From Candidatus Latescibacterota bacterium (GTDB lineage Bacteria; Latescibacterota; UBA2968; UBA8231), in NCBI GenBank assembly GCA_965248355.1, contig OZ252098.1:3776001-3840000 (forward strand): a stretch of 64,000 nt of DNA, given 5' to 3'. Below, piece by piece: positions 1-10,469 of the stretch (positions are counted from its first letter, which is position 1; every line of letters starts with the position of its first letter). Under the pieces are notes generated by a model. The model was not told the DNA's origin. It saw only the letters and a program-made list of their open reading frames with translations, and searched no databases. Made by a program: the position numbers and the translations under genes.

Positions 1-241
1 AGAGAAGGCTGCCGAGGAAGACCAGGAAGTAGGCCAGCCCGGCGGAGATGGCGGCAGCGACGTGGAAGTAGTAGATGCGCTGCAACCACGGCCAGCTGGT
101 GCCCATCAGCGGGTTGTGGTCGGCCGGCGCGTAAAGGAACACCGCGGCCACCGCCGCCAGCATCGAGAGCGTGGTGGCAAGGCCCAGGGCGCCGGCGTAT
201 CGAGGCGGATGGCTGGTGTTCATGGGCCGCAGGGCTGTCAT
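1..241 (-). CDS. ccmC: Cytochrome c biogenesis heme-handling membrane protein CcmC, N-terminal part (runs off the window edge)
   Basis: Not in the ORF track. Manual minus-strand translation from ATG 241 (or 223) gives ...MNTSHPPRYAGALGLATTLSMLAAVAAVFLYAPADHNPLMGTSWPWLQRIYYFHVAAA. The QRIxYFHV motif and the position after ccmAB fit CcmC. Confidence 0.85.
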   Translation of the reverse strand, partial: MTALRPMNTSHPPRYAGALGLATTLSMLAAVAAVFLYAPADHNPLMGTSWPWLQRIYYFHVAAAISAGLAYFLVFLGSLL

Positions 242-264
242 CGACGAGCCCCTTCCATTTCGAG

Positions 265-963
265 TCACTCTTCGATGACGAAGTCGAACAGCATCAGGGC
301 CAAGCAGGTGAAGACCAAGGCGAATAGGGCCAGCATGGCCATGTGGAAGGTCAACTCCTGCGGCCACAAGGCCGCGACTCGTCCGGGCGCGGTCGAAGCC
401 AGGACGGCGCTGGTGGCCGCCACGCAGGAGATCAGCGCGGGGAGAAGGATCGGAAGCAGGAGCAGCGGCAGCAGCAACTCCCGCAACCGGGAGTGCCCGA
501 CCATGGCCGCGAACAACGTGCCAACGGAGGCCACGCAGGCGGATCCGAGCGCGAAGACGATGGCGAGCGGCAGCAGGTAAAGACCGGGGGTGAGGTTAAA
601 GAACAGGCCGAAGAACGGCAAGGTGAGAAGCTGCACCCCGAGTAGGAACAGCGCGTTTCCGCCCATCTTGGCCAGGTAGAGCGATCTCCGTTCCACAGGC
701 GCCGTGAGCAAAGCGTCGAGACAGTCGTTGCGGGCCTCGCTGACGAAGGTGCGCTGCAGTCCGAAGAGGCTGGCGAACACGAAGCACGACCACAGCACTC
801 CCGGGCCGATTTCCCACAAGGCCGCGCCTCCGAGCTCGAAGCTGAAATTGAAGACCAGCATTACCAGAAGGACGAAGAAGACCATGGGGCTCAGCCGCAC
901 CTTCGTGCGCCACTCGGCGGCCAGATCCTTGCGCAGCAGGATCAGAGCATGTCCCAGGGTCAC
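265..963 (-). CDS. ccmB: Heme exporter membrane subunit CcmB
   Basis: LLRKDLAAEWR, LYLAKMGGN and RLRELLLPLLLLP in a hydrophobic protein. GTG start at 963 overlaps the ccmA stop (GTGA). Confidence 0.9.
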   Translation of the reverse strand: MTLGHALILLRKDLAAEWRTKVRLSPMVFFVLLVMLVFNFSFELGGAALWEIGPGVLWSCFVFASLFGLQRTFVSEARNDCLDALLTAPVERRSLYLAKMGGNALFLLGVQLLTLPFFGLFFNLTPGLYLLPLAIVFALGSACVASVGTLFAAMVGHSRLRELLLPLLLLPILLPALISCVAATSAVLASTAPGRVAALWPQELTFHMAMLALFALVFTCLALMLFDFVIEE

Positions 964-1661
964 GATGCCAGGATCTCCATATGGTGGTCGCACAGGGCCT
1001 GCAGGGCCTTGCCGTCGCCCGACCACCCGGCGTCGAAGACCACCTGCCCTTGACGGAGGACCACCACGCGGTTGGTCGTCGGGGCGACGTGTTCGACCTT
1101 GTGCGCCACAACCACGGTGGAGGCGCCGGCGGAGGTCGCGCGGTGACCCAGGTTCCCGGCCACGGCCCGGGACGCCGCGCCGTCAAGGCCCGTGAAGGGC
1201 TCGTCCAGAAGCAGGACCTCGGGGTCGTGCAGGGTGGCGCGCGCCAGGGCGGCGCGTTGCTGCATGCCACGTGACAGGTCGCCCACCCGGGTATCCGCCC
1301 CCCCGGCCAACCCCACCCGATCCAGGGCGAGATCGGCGGCGACGGCCGGAACTCCGTAGAGGCGGGCATAGAACCGCAGGTTCTCTCTCGCCGTCAACTC
1401 GTCGTAGAGCTGGGTCTGGTGCGAGAGCAGGCCGAGCCGCCGCCGCCGCGACGGGGAGCGCCTCGGATCCTCTCCATCGAGCCGCACGAGGCCCGCTGAC
1501 GGGGCCGTCAGGCCTGCCAGCAGACGGAACAACGTGGTCTTGCCGGCGCCGTTGCCTCCGGCCAGCAGCAGATGGGTCCCAGGTTCCACCGTCAGGTCGA
1601 CCCCGTCGAGGGCGACCGTGTCGCCGTATTGCTTGCGCAGGTCTTCCACCCGCAGTTGCAC
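960..1661 (-). CDS. ccmA: Heme exporter ATP-binding subunit CcmA
   Basis: Walker A GGNGAGKTT, signature LSRGMQQR, Walker B LLLDEPFTGLD; directly upstream of ccmB. Confidence 0.9.
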   Translation of the reverse strand: MQLRVEDLRKQYGDTVALDGVDLTVEPGTHLLLAGGNGAGKTTLFRLLAGLTAPSAGLVRLDGEDPRRSPSRRRRLGLLSHQTQLYDELTARENLRFYARLYGVPAVAADLALDRVGLAGGADTRVGDLSRGMQQRAALARATLHDPEVLLLDEPFTGLDGAASRAVAGNLGHRATSAGASTVVVAHKVEHVAPTTNRVVVLRQGQVVFDAGWSGDGKALQALCDHHMEILAS

Positions 1662-1673
1662 GGGGCTCGGGCT

Positions 1674-2807
1674 CTATCCGTCCAGACCGAGACGCCGATA
1701 GACTTCCATGGCTTCGGCCAGGATTCGTTGCCGCTGCGGCCCCCTCGCGTTCGCCTCTGGTGCGTCCCTTCCACCGGCCTCGAGCCTGGCCAGATCGGCC
1801 AGCAGAACCCGCCGCCGCTGTTCCAACTGCTCCCGTTCCGCTTCGGTCGGTTTTCCGCCGCCGATCACGGGCCGGGCAAGGGCGACGACGGCGACGAGGA
1901 CGACCGGAACGAGGGCCATCATGGCCCACTTCAGGCCCCAGCGCCACGGCCTCGGGACGGGCAGAGGCACCTTCACCGTGCGGCCGGGGGCCAGGTTCTC
2001 GAGGCGATAGTGGCGGTAGTCCTGATCCTGGAGGGTGATCGGGCCGAGATCCCGAAAGGGCGCCCCGAGGGACAGGTCCGGGGGCTGGAGGAACAGCTCC
2101 AGGCGATCTGTCGGGTAGATGGCGGTGTGCTCGTAGTCGCCGCTGGCGATGGCTGCTGCGGGAAGCTGGAAGGTGAAGGCAGCCTGGGTCGAGCCCGGGG
2201 GCAGGGGCCGGGTGTCGAACAGCCGGGCAGGCCCGGCGCGGACGAAGACGCCGGCGTGAGCCTGCAGACCCAGATGGCCGGCGGGAAGCGCCAACTCGAG
2301 CACCTGGCGCTCGTCGTCGACGAGGCGACCCACGTATGTGGCCGTCCCCCGGTTCTCCGCTTGCACCAGCTGCAGCACCTCGACGCCCCGATCCATCACG
2401 GACAGAAACAGGTGATGGGCCGCGATGTGGATTCGGGAGGGGTCCTCGGTGCCTTCGTGGACCTCGATGATCACCTGATCCTGGTCGCCCACCACCAGGT
2501 TCCGGGTGCCATACTCCAGGCCCTGGTAGTAGGCGGTCAGGGCGAAGGTGGTACCCGCGGTCAGGAAGGGACCGGCAAAGGAGAAGGCGCCGGACTCGTC
2601 GGTGGTGCGGCGCGCGACTTCGATGGTTCCGCCGCTGCCGTCCGGGATCTGGAAGGCGACCTCGACGCTGGGCACGCGCTCGTCGCGAAGGGCCTGGAGG
2701 ACGTATCCCCGAACGGTGTCGGCAGGCGCCGCTTCCAGTCCCAGGAGATCCGCGGCCAGCGCGGCGGCCACTACGGCGGCCGGCGATGGCCGGAGAGACC
2801 ATCTCAT
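1674..2807 (-). CDS. Exported, membrane-anchored protein with carboxypeptidase-regulatory-like (Ig-type) N-terminal domain; Ccm-cluster accessory protein
   Basis: ATG 2807 overlaps the upstream stop (ATGA). Signal-like N-terminus, TTDESGAFSF beta-sandwich motif, C-terminal TM (WAMMALVPVVLVAVVALA) and helical tail LLADLARLE. Confidence 0.6.
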   Translation of the reverse strand: MRWSLRPSPAAVVAAALAADLLGLEAAPADTVRGYVLQALRDERVPSVEVAFQIPDGSGGTIEVARRTTDESGAFSFAGPFLTAGTTFALTAYYQGLEYGTRNLVVGDQDQVIIEVHEGTEDPSRIHIAAHHLFLSVMDRGVEVLQLVQAENRGTATYVGRLVDDERQVLELALPAGHLGLQAHAGVFVRAGPARLFDTRPLPPGSTQAAFTFQLPAAAIASGDYEHTAIYPTDRLELFLQPPDLSLGAPFRDLGPITLQDQDYRHYRLENLAPGRTVKVPLPVPRPWRWGLKWAMMALVPVVLVAVVALARPVIGGGKPTEAEREQLEQRRRVLLADLARLEAGGRDAPEANARGPQRQRILAEAMEVYRRLGLDG

Positions 2808-3298
2808 GGGGCCGTCGAAGGCTCGTCGAAGCGCTGTCCGCAACCCGGACAGAATCGGTGCCCCGGTTCCCGTGTCCGGCCGCATCCGAGGCAGGGGTCG
2901 CCGGCCGAGGAGGGTTGCGCTGTGGGCGATTCCACACCGGATCCCGGTTTCCGGGCGGCCAGGTCCCGGACATCCACCTCGATTCGCTTGCGAAGGTCGA
3001 TATCCGGGTCCCGGGCCTCGAGCCGATGAAGCCGGGACAGGACGCCGAGGGCCCGGGACTCGAGCTCCTCCCGCAGCGAGTCATGATCGTCCTGGGACAT
3101 CTTCCCCACTCTGTGGTCGAACTCAAGCTCCTTGATCGAGGCGTAGAGCTGTTCCTTGCGCTCGGTGAGCTCGAGCCGTCGGCGGGCGCTGCCCGTTTGC
3201 CGCCGCCAGGCCAGAGGCGGTGCCAGCACCGGGTAGACGACGGCGGCGAGGAAGGCGGCCAGCAGGGCCAGGCAGGCGCAGGGGACGACGAAGCTCAC
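2804..3298 (-). CDS. CcmI-N-like membrane protein with C-terminal zinc ribbon
   Basis: N-terminal TM, then LYASIKELEFDHRVGKMSQDDHDSLREELE (like the CcmI/CycH cytoplasmic loop), then a CLGCG...FCPGCG zinc ribbon. Confidence 0.65.
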   Translation of the reverse strand: MSFVVPCACLALLAAFLAAVVYPVLAPPLAWRRQTGSARRRLELTERKEQLYASIKELEFDHRVGKMSQDDHDSLREELESRALGVLSRLHRLEARDPDIDLRKRIEVDVRDLAARKPGSGVESPTAQPSSAGDPCLGCGRTREPGHRFCPGCGQRFDEPSTAP

Positions 3299-3304
3299 CC
3301 GGCT

Positions 3305-5773
3305 TCAGCCCTCGAAGCCGTCCAGCTCGCGCCGCAGCCGCTCGTCCAGGGGAGAGGCCCGGTGGTCGGGCGCGCGGGCCGGGGCAGCCTCTGGAGGGCC
3401 GCCGCGGCGCCAGCGCAGGAGGATCTGACGAACGCCGACTGCGCCGCCTGCGAGCACGACGAAGGGGATGACCCAGACGACGCCGTAGCCCTCCGGCGGG
3501 TTGGCCAGCACCATGGGACCGAACCGCTCCTTGTACGCGGCAACGATCTCCTCCCGTCCCTGCCCCTCCTCCAGCAGGCGGCCGATGCTCTCTCGTTCGG
3601 ACATGGCGAAGTGGCACAGGCAGGTGGCCAGCGACTCTCGGTTGCACGTGCCGCACAGGCAGACCAGGCTCGCTGCCACGGCCTTGGTCCCTTCCGGAGT
3701 CGGCGCCGCCTGGGCCGGGGCGCAGAGGGCGGCCAGGCACAGGCCGACGACGGCGGACTTCCGTCCGAGACCCCGGGGGCTGGGTGCGGCCCCTGGCTGG
3801 CTGCGCGCCGTGTCCCGGTCGAGGCGGGCCATGCGCCGGTCTCGCGCCGAGGGCCACATCGTCCACAGAGCGCTGATAACGAGCAGGGCCGCTCCCCACC
3901 AGACACAGCCGACGAGGGGGTTGATGTAGATCTGGAACTTGGCCGAGGTCAGGTCCGAGGATGGTCCCACGAGGATGAGATAGAAGTCCTCGAGCCAGCG
4001 CGAGTAGATGGCGACCTCCGTCGTGTTCTGCTCCGCGGTCTTGTAGAAGTGGCGCTCCGGCACCAGCGTGGCCAGGAATCGGCCGTCGTGCTCCAGGCCC
4101 ACGGCCGCGGCCTGGATCGACCGGTTGGCGTCGTCGCCGAAGGCCAGGGTTTCCAAGGTGGCCGTGTAGGCGCCGACCTGGGCGGATTCGCCGGGCTCGA
4201 GAACGACTTCCCGTTCGCTGGTGAAGGCCTGGCCGGTGAAGCCGACGAAGAGGAGCATGATCGATACGTGCACCAGGTAACCCCCGTAGCGACGGCGGTT
4301 CCTGGCCAGCAGCCGAGCGCCGGCGACGAGGGCCGGCTCCCGGGCCGTGCGCCCCCGGGCGGCGATGCCACGGGCGAACTCGAAGGCCACGGATCCGGCG
4401 ACGAAACCGCACAGGATCAGGGACACGAGTGGGAAGAAGTCGCGGACGCCGAGTACCGCCGCCACCGCGAGGCTCACCAGTCCGCAGATGGCGGGGATTC
4501 CGAAATTGCGGCGGAAACTCTCTCGCGACGTTCGTCTCCAGGCGAACAGGGGCCCTGCGCCGATGAGGAACAGCAGCACCAGGCCCATGGGCACGCTCAC
4601 CTGGTTGAAGAAGGGCGCCCCCACGGTGATCCTGTCGCCTGTGAAGGCCTCGGAGACCACCGGGAAGAGGGTGCCCCAGAGGATGGCGAAGAGCAGGGCC
4701 AGCAGGATCCAGTTGTTGAGCAGGAAGGCGCTCTCCCGGGAGGCGAAGGACTCGAGGCGGTGCTCGGCTCTCAGGAGGCGTCGCCGCGTGGCCAGCAACG
4801 CCGTCGACCCGGCCAGGATCAGCGCCAGGTAGGCGACGAAGAAGGAGCCCACGTTGGACTGGGCGAAGGCGTGGACGGAGGACACGATGCCGGAACGGGT
4901 GAGGAAGGTGCCGAAGATCGTCATGCCGAAGGTGAAGAACAGGAGTACCATGTTCCACACCTTCAGCATGCCCTTGCGCTCCTGGATCATCACCGAGTGC
5001 AGCAACGCCGTGGCCGCCAGCCAGGGCATGAGCGAGGCGTTCTCCACCGGGTCCCAGCCCCAGTAGCCCCCCCAGCCCAGCTCGACATAGGCCCACTTGC
5101 CGCCGAGCAGGAGACCGGCGCCGAGGAACATCCACGGGATCAGCAGCCACCGGCGCATGGCGTAGAGCCAGGTGTTGTCGAGGCACCTGGAAGCCAGGGC
5201 CGCGATGCCGAAGGCGAAGGGGACCGTCATGCCTACCATGCCCGCGTACAACAGCGGTGGATGAATGGCCATGTAGGGGTGCTGAAGGATGGGGTTCAGT
5301 CCGCTGCCGTCGAGGGGCGTGAAGGGCAGGCGCTGGAAGGGGTCGGCGGCGAAGAGATTCAACAGGCAAAAGAAGAAACACGAGGCGCCGAGAACGGCGA
5401 CCGCGTAAGGCATCAGGGCCCGGTAGCGGTGGCGGTTGAGGAGCACCACGGCGGCGGTGTAGAGGGACAGGATCCAACCCCAGAACAGGATCGACCCGTT
5501 CTGCCCTCCCCACAGCGACGCGACCACGTACTGCACGGGCTGGGCCCGGTTCGTGTTCTCCGCCACGTACTGGACCTCGAAGTCGTGGGTCAGGATCGCG
5601 TACCACAGCCCCGCCACCGCCACCGTGTACAGGCCGCAGACGGCCAGCGCGGCGTTCTCGCCGGAGCGGACCAGGCCTTCGTGGTTCCGGTGTGCCCCGA
5701 GAAGCGATGCCAGGGTCGCGTAGCCGCCTGCAGCCAGCGCCAGGCAAAGGGCGAAGTAGCCGATGTCGACCAT
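3305..5773 (-). CDS. ccmF: Heme lyase CcmF fused to a C-terminal CcmH-like domain
   Basis: WGGQNGS, LQHPYMAIHPP, WAYVELGWGGYWGWDPVENAS (WWD domain) and SVHAFA. The last ~150 aa carry LVCLCGTC, REEIVAAYKERFGPMVLANPP and a TM, like CcmH. Confidence 0.93.
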   Translation of the reverse strand: MVDIGYFALCLALAAGGYATLASLLGAHRNHEGLVRSGENAALAVCGLYTVAVAGLWYAILTHDFEVQYVAENTNRAQPVQYVVASLWGGQNGSILFWGWILSLYTAAVVLLNRHRYRALMPYAVAVLGASCFFFCLLNLFAADPFQRLPFTPLDGSGLNPILQHPYMAIHPPLLYAGMVGMTVPFAFGIAALASRCLDNTWLYAMRRWLLIPWMFLGAGLLLGGKWAYVELGWGGYWGWDPVENASLMPWLAATALLHSVMIQERKGMLKVWNMVLLFFTFGMTIFGTFLTRSGIVSSVHAFAQSNVGSFFVAYLALILAGSTALLATRRRLLRAEHRLESFASRESAFLLNNWILLALLFAILWGTLFPVVSEAFTGDRITVGAPFFNQVSVPMGLVLLFLIGAGPLFAWRRTSRESFRRNFGIPAICGLVSLAVAAVLGVRDFFPLVSLILCGFVAGSVAFEFARGIAARGRTAREPALVAGARLLARNRRRYGGYLVHVSIMLLFVGFTGQAFTSEREVVLEPGESAQVGAYTATLETLAFGDDANRSIQAAAVGLEHDGRFLATLVPERHFYKTAEQNTTEVAIYSRWLEDFYLILVGPSSDLTSAKFQIYINPLVGCVWWGAALLVISALWTMWPSARDRRMARLDRDTARSQPGAAPSPRGLGRKSAVVGLCLAALCAPAQAAPTPEGTKAVAASLVCLCGTCNRESLATCLCHFAMSERESIGRLLEEGQGREEIVAAYKERFGPMVLANPPEGYGVVWVIPFVVLAGGAVGVRQILLRWRRGGPPEAAPARAPDHRASPLDERLRRELDGFEG

Positions 5774-5782
5774 GCCGCGGGG

Positions 5783-6223
5783 TCAGATGCTGCCCGACGG
5801 CTTCAACGCCTCGGGGTGATCGTCGTAGCTCTGGCCCTCGTACTTGGACGGGCACTTGGCGTGCACGACCTCGGCCTCGAAGCGCTTCTGGGCGGGCATG
5901 AAACGGCCTTCCATCACGACTTGGGCGCGGTCCTGGAAGGTGTCGGGAAGCACGGCGTTGCCCGTGTAACGCACGGCCAGCTGGCGCTCGCCGTCGGTGA
6001 TCCGGAACCGGGGGCGATGGCGGTACTCGTCCCATTCGATCGTGCCCGGGACCACGGTGCAGCCAGCGAGCTGGATGCGGCGGTCCTCGACCCGGTCGTG
6101 GGCCTCGGCCAGCAGGACGTCGAGGGTCATGTGACGGCTGGCGGACTGGCGGATGCCCATGGCCAGCAGGGCGGCGATGCCGGCAGCAGCGGCTAGGGAA
6201 CCGAGGGCGAAGGCCCATCTCAT
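5783..6223 (-). CDS. ccmE: Heme chaperone CcmE, CxxxY variant
   Basis: N-terminal TM, LPDTFQDRAQVVMEG, and AKCPSKY in place of AKHDENY. Likely ATG at 6223. Confidence 0.9.
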   Translation of the reverse strand: MRWAFALGSLAAAAGIAALLAMGIRQSASRHMTLDVLLAEAHDRVEDRRIQLAGCTVVPGTIEWDEYRHRPRFRITDGERQLAVRYTGNAVLPDTFQDRAQVVMEGRFMPAQKRFEAEVVHAKCPSKYEGQSYDDHPEALKPSGSI

Positions 6224-6314
6224 GGCGGCACTCGATCGGGGCCGGAGGGAAGGATGTCTCTGCCGTTGAAGATCCTCAAGGCGGGCGGGCACGGCAAATG
6301 GATCGATGGAACTG

Positions 6315-6329
6315 GCAAGACCGGTACCC
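6315..6329 (-). promoter_or_regulatory. Candidate sigma-54 (-24/-12) promoter upstream of ccmE
   Basis: Minus strand reads GGGTACCGGTCTTGC: GG-N10-GC spacing with TTGC, close to the consensus TGGCACGNNNNTTGC. Confidence 0.3.
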
Positions 6330-6341
6330 CACCGCTGGCGT

Positions 6342-7478
6342 TCAGAGGGAGAGGTTCTTGGGAAAGGTGGTGAGATTGCGGCAACCCGCTTCCTCGACGA
6401 CCACCAGGTCCTCGATACGGACGCCACCGACGCCGGCGTAGTAGAGACCTGGCTCCACGGTGACCACCTGCCCCGCCGTCAGCCGGCAGGCACTACGGGT
6501 CATGTAGGGCGCCTCGTGGATCTGCAGGCCGAGGCCGTGGCCGGTGCCGTGGAAGAATCCCTGCATTCGGCCGTCGATCTGGCCGGACTCGTACCCGTCG
6601 GCGGTGAAACGCCGGGTCACGCCGGCGTGCACCTCGGCGCCGTCGACGCCATCGCGGATGCTCTCCAGAGCCCCCTGCTGGGCGGCCGCCACGGTTTCAT
6701 ATAGCCGCTGCGCCGGCCCGGACACGCGACCCCGGACGACGGTGCGAGTGATGTCGCCGTAGTAGCCGCTGACGGAGTGCCGGGGGAAGATGTCGATGAT
6801 GATCGGCCGGTGAGCGGGCAGAGGGCCGTGGCCGGTCTGGTGGGGATCGATGGCCTGCTCGCCGCCGGCCACGATCGTGTGCTCTCCGTGGCAATCGCAG
6901 TCGAGCAGGACGTGGTGGATGCGTCGTCTCACCACCTCCGAGGTCAGAGGTCCACCCGGCCCGACGAGGAGATCGTCCTGGATGGCGGACTCCCCGATCA
7001 TCGCCAGGGCCGCCTCCATGGCTCGCTCGGCCCCCTCCTGCGCCTGGGCGATGGCGGCCACCTCCTCCGGGGACTTGATCGCCCGCTGCGGAAACAGGGG
7101 GGCCTCGGCGATGGTCAGCGCGAACCCGGAGGCGCGCAGCTCGTCGGCGGTACGCACCGGGAAGTCGGAGGGCACCAGCAGGCGGCGTAGGTCCAGGCTG
7201 CGCAGGATCTCGCCGAGCTGTCCACCCGCCGCAGTGGATCCGTAGCCCGGAGCCTCGTACCGGGAGGCGGCCAGAACCTCGGCGCCGCGCACTTGCTCCC
7301 GGGCCCGGTCGAGCTCCAGGTCCTTGACAACCACCCAGGCGCTCTCGGCGGTGGCCACGTACGTGAAGGGATCGGGCGCCCCGAATCCGGTGGCCCACAG
7401 CAAGTCGGCGTTGCGCTCGGAGTCACCCACCAACAGCAATGCGTCGGCTCCGTTCAGATCGACCGGGGATCCGTTCAT
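6342..7478 (-). CDS. Xaa-Pro aminopeptidase (M24 family)
   Basis: Metal-ligand motifs IIIDIFP, YYGDITRT, HGTGHGLG, VTVEPGLY and RIEDLV. Confidence 0.92.
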   Translation of the reverse strand: MNGSPVDLNGADALLLVGDSERNADLLWATGFGAPDPFTYVATAESAWVVVKDLELDRAREQVRGAEVLAASRYEAPGYGSTAAGGQLGEILRSLDLRRLLVPSDFPVRTADELRASGFALTIAEAPLFPQRAIKSPEEVAAIAQAQEGAERAMEAALAMIGESAIQDDLLVGPGGPLTSEVVRRRIHHVLLDCDCHGEHTIVAGGEQAIDPHQTGHGPLPAHRPIIIDIFPRHSVSGYYGDITRTVVRGRVSGPAQRLYETVAAAQQGALESIRDGVDGAEVHAGVTRRFTADGYESGQIDGRMQGFFHGTGHGLGLQIHEAPYMTRSACRLTAGQVVTVEPGLYYAGVGGVRIEDLVVVEEAGCRNLTTFPKNLSL

Positions 7479-8904
7479 GGCTCGGTCTCCTCCACCGCCG
7501 GGATGGGAAGGGCTCTGACGTCGATTCCGTGGCCCTGGCGCCAGAGCCAGAACAGGGCCGATTCGCCCGCCTTCAGCCGCGCCAGGTCGCGTACGAATCG
7601 ATCGAGGGAGATGACGGCGGTCCTGTCTACCTCCGTGATCACGTCGTCTACCCGCAGACCGCGCCGCGCCGCCGGGCTCCCGGGCTCGACACTGGTGACG
7701 ACCACGGCGCTGGCGCCCTGGGGCCGCCGCAGCCAGCGCGCCACCTCGGTGGTGAAGCCCAGTCGCCGGGCCTGGTCCTCCCCCATCAAGCCGAGGGTCA
7801 GGCCGAGAAGCTCCGCCCGGCGCTGGCCGCGGGCCAACAGGAGGTTCTCCTCTCGCTCTCCGAGAACGACCGGGATCCGGTGCCGCCGGCCGGCGCGGAA
7901 GACCGTTAGCTGCACCTCTTCTCCCGGGTCTCGCCCGTAGATGCGTGTCTGCACCTCGTTGGCCAGGTTCACCGGCTGTCCGTCGATGGCGAGCACCACG
8001 TCCCCCACCGACAACTCGCTGCGGTCGGCGGGAGTATGAGGATCGATCCGGGTGATGTAGACGCCGCGCGGCGGGGACAGGTCCAGGTCGTGGCGCCGTA
8101 CCAGCTCGTCGTCCACGTCGCTCATCTGCACTCCGAGGTAACCCCGCACGACTCGTCCGTAGACGAGGAAGTCGTCCATCGCTTCCCGGGCCAGGTCGAT
8201 GGGCACGGCCAACCCGTAGCCCATGAAGAAGCCGGTCCGTGTCGAGATCGCCGTGTTGACGCCTACGACACGTCCCTGCAGATCCAGCAGCGGGCCACCG
8301 GAGTTGCCCGGGTTGATCACCGCGTTCGTCTGGATGAAGCTCTCGATGCCGTAATCCGCCTCGATCACCTGGGCCCGTCGACCGAGGGCGGTGACGATGC
8401 CGTGCGTCAGGGTGGTCCCCATGCCCAGGGGGTAACCGATGGCCAGCACCCAGTCGCCGATGAGCAGATCGTCGGAACGGCCAAGGGAGGCCACCGGCAG
8501 GCCGGGAGCATCGATCTGCAGCAAGGCGATGTCGATGAGCGAGTCCACACCGACCACGCGGGCCGGGAAGCCGCGCCGGTCGTGGAGGGTGACGCGGATC
8601 GAGTCCGCCCCCTTGATCACGTGATGGTTGGACAGGATGTAGCCCTCGGCGGACACGATCACCCCCGAGCCCAGGCCGCTGAACCCGCCGCCGTCCCGCG
8701 GGTCGGTACGGGGGTGGAACCGGGGCAGCTGCTGCAGGTCACCCGTGGTCCGGATCAGGACCACGGCGGGGGCGACGCGGTCGTAGACGGAGCGGAAGGC
8801 GCGTCCCAGGTCAGCGAACTGCTCCAGGCCGGACTGACCGGCGGCCGGCACGGAGGTGGTACCGGCCAGCAGGACCACCGCCAGCCACCGGATCGAAGGC
8901 CCTC

Positions 8905-8908
<4 letters not shown>
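7475..8908 (-). CDS. HtrA/DegP-family serine protease with two PDZ domains
   Basis: Signal peptide; catalytic triad motifs SNHHV, DIALL and INPGNSGGPL; two PDZ segments. Confidence 0.93.
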
Positions 8909-10416
<1,508 letters not shown>

Positions 10417-10469
10417 TGGATCAGGGGTGGCGGCTGGACGAAAGGCCCCGGAGACCGGCAATTGGCGCC

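Noticed and set aside
2786..6196. Very long alternative-frame and antisense ORFs (e.g. 2786-6196 +, 3123-6218 -, 30493-34596 -, 31227-34325 +, 56276-59503 +, 59166-62321 -)
   Set aside because: These are shadow ORFs expected at about 70% GC with strong GC3 bias. They overlap well-supported genes and translate to Arg/Gly/Pro-rich or motif-less text.
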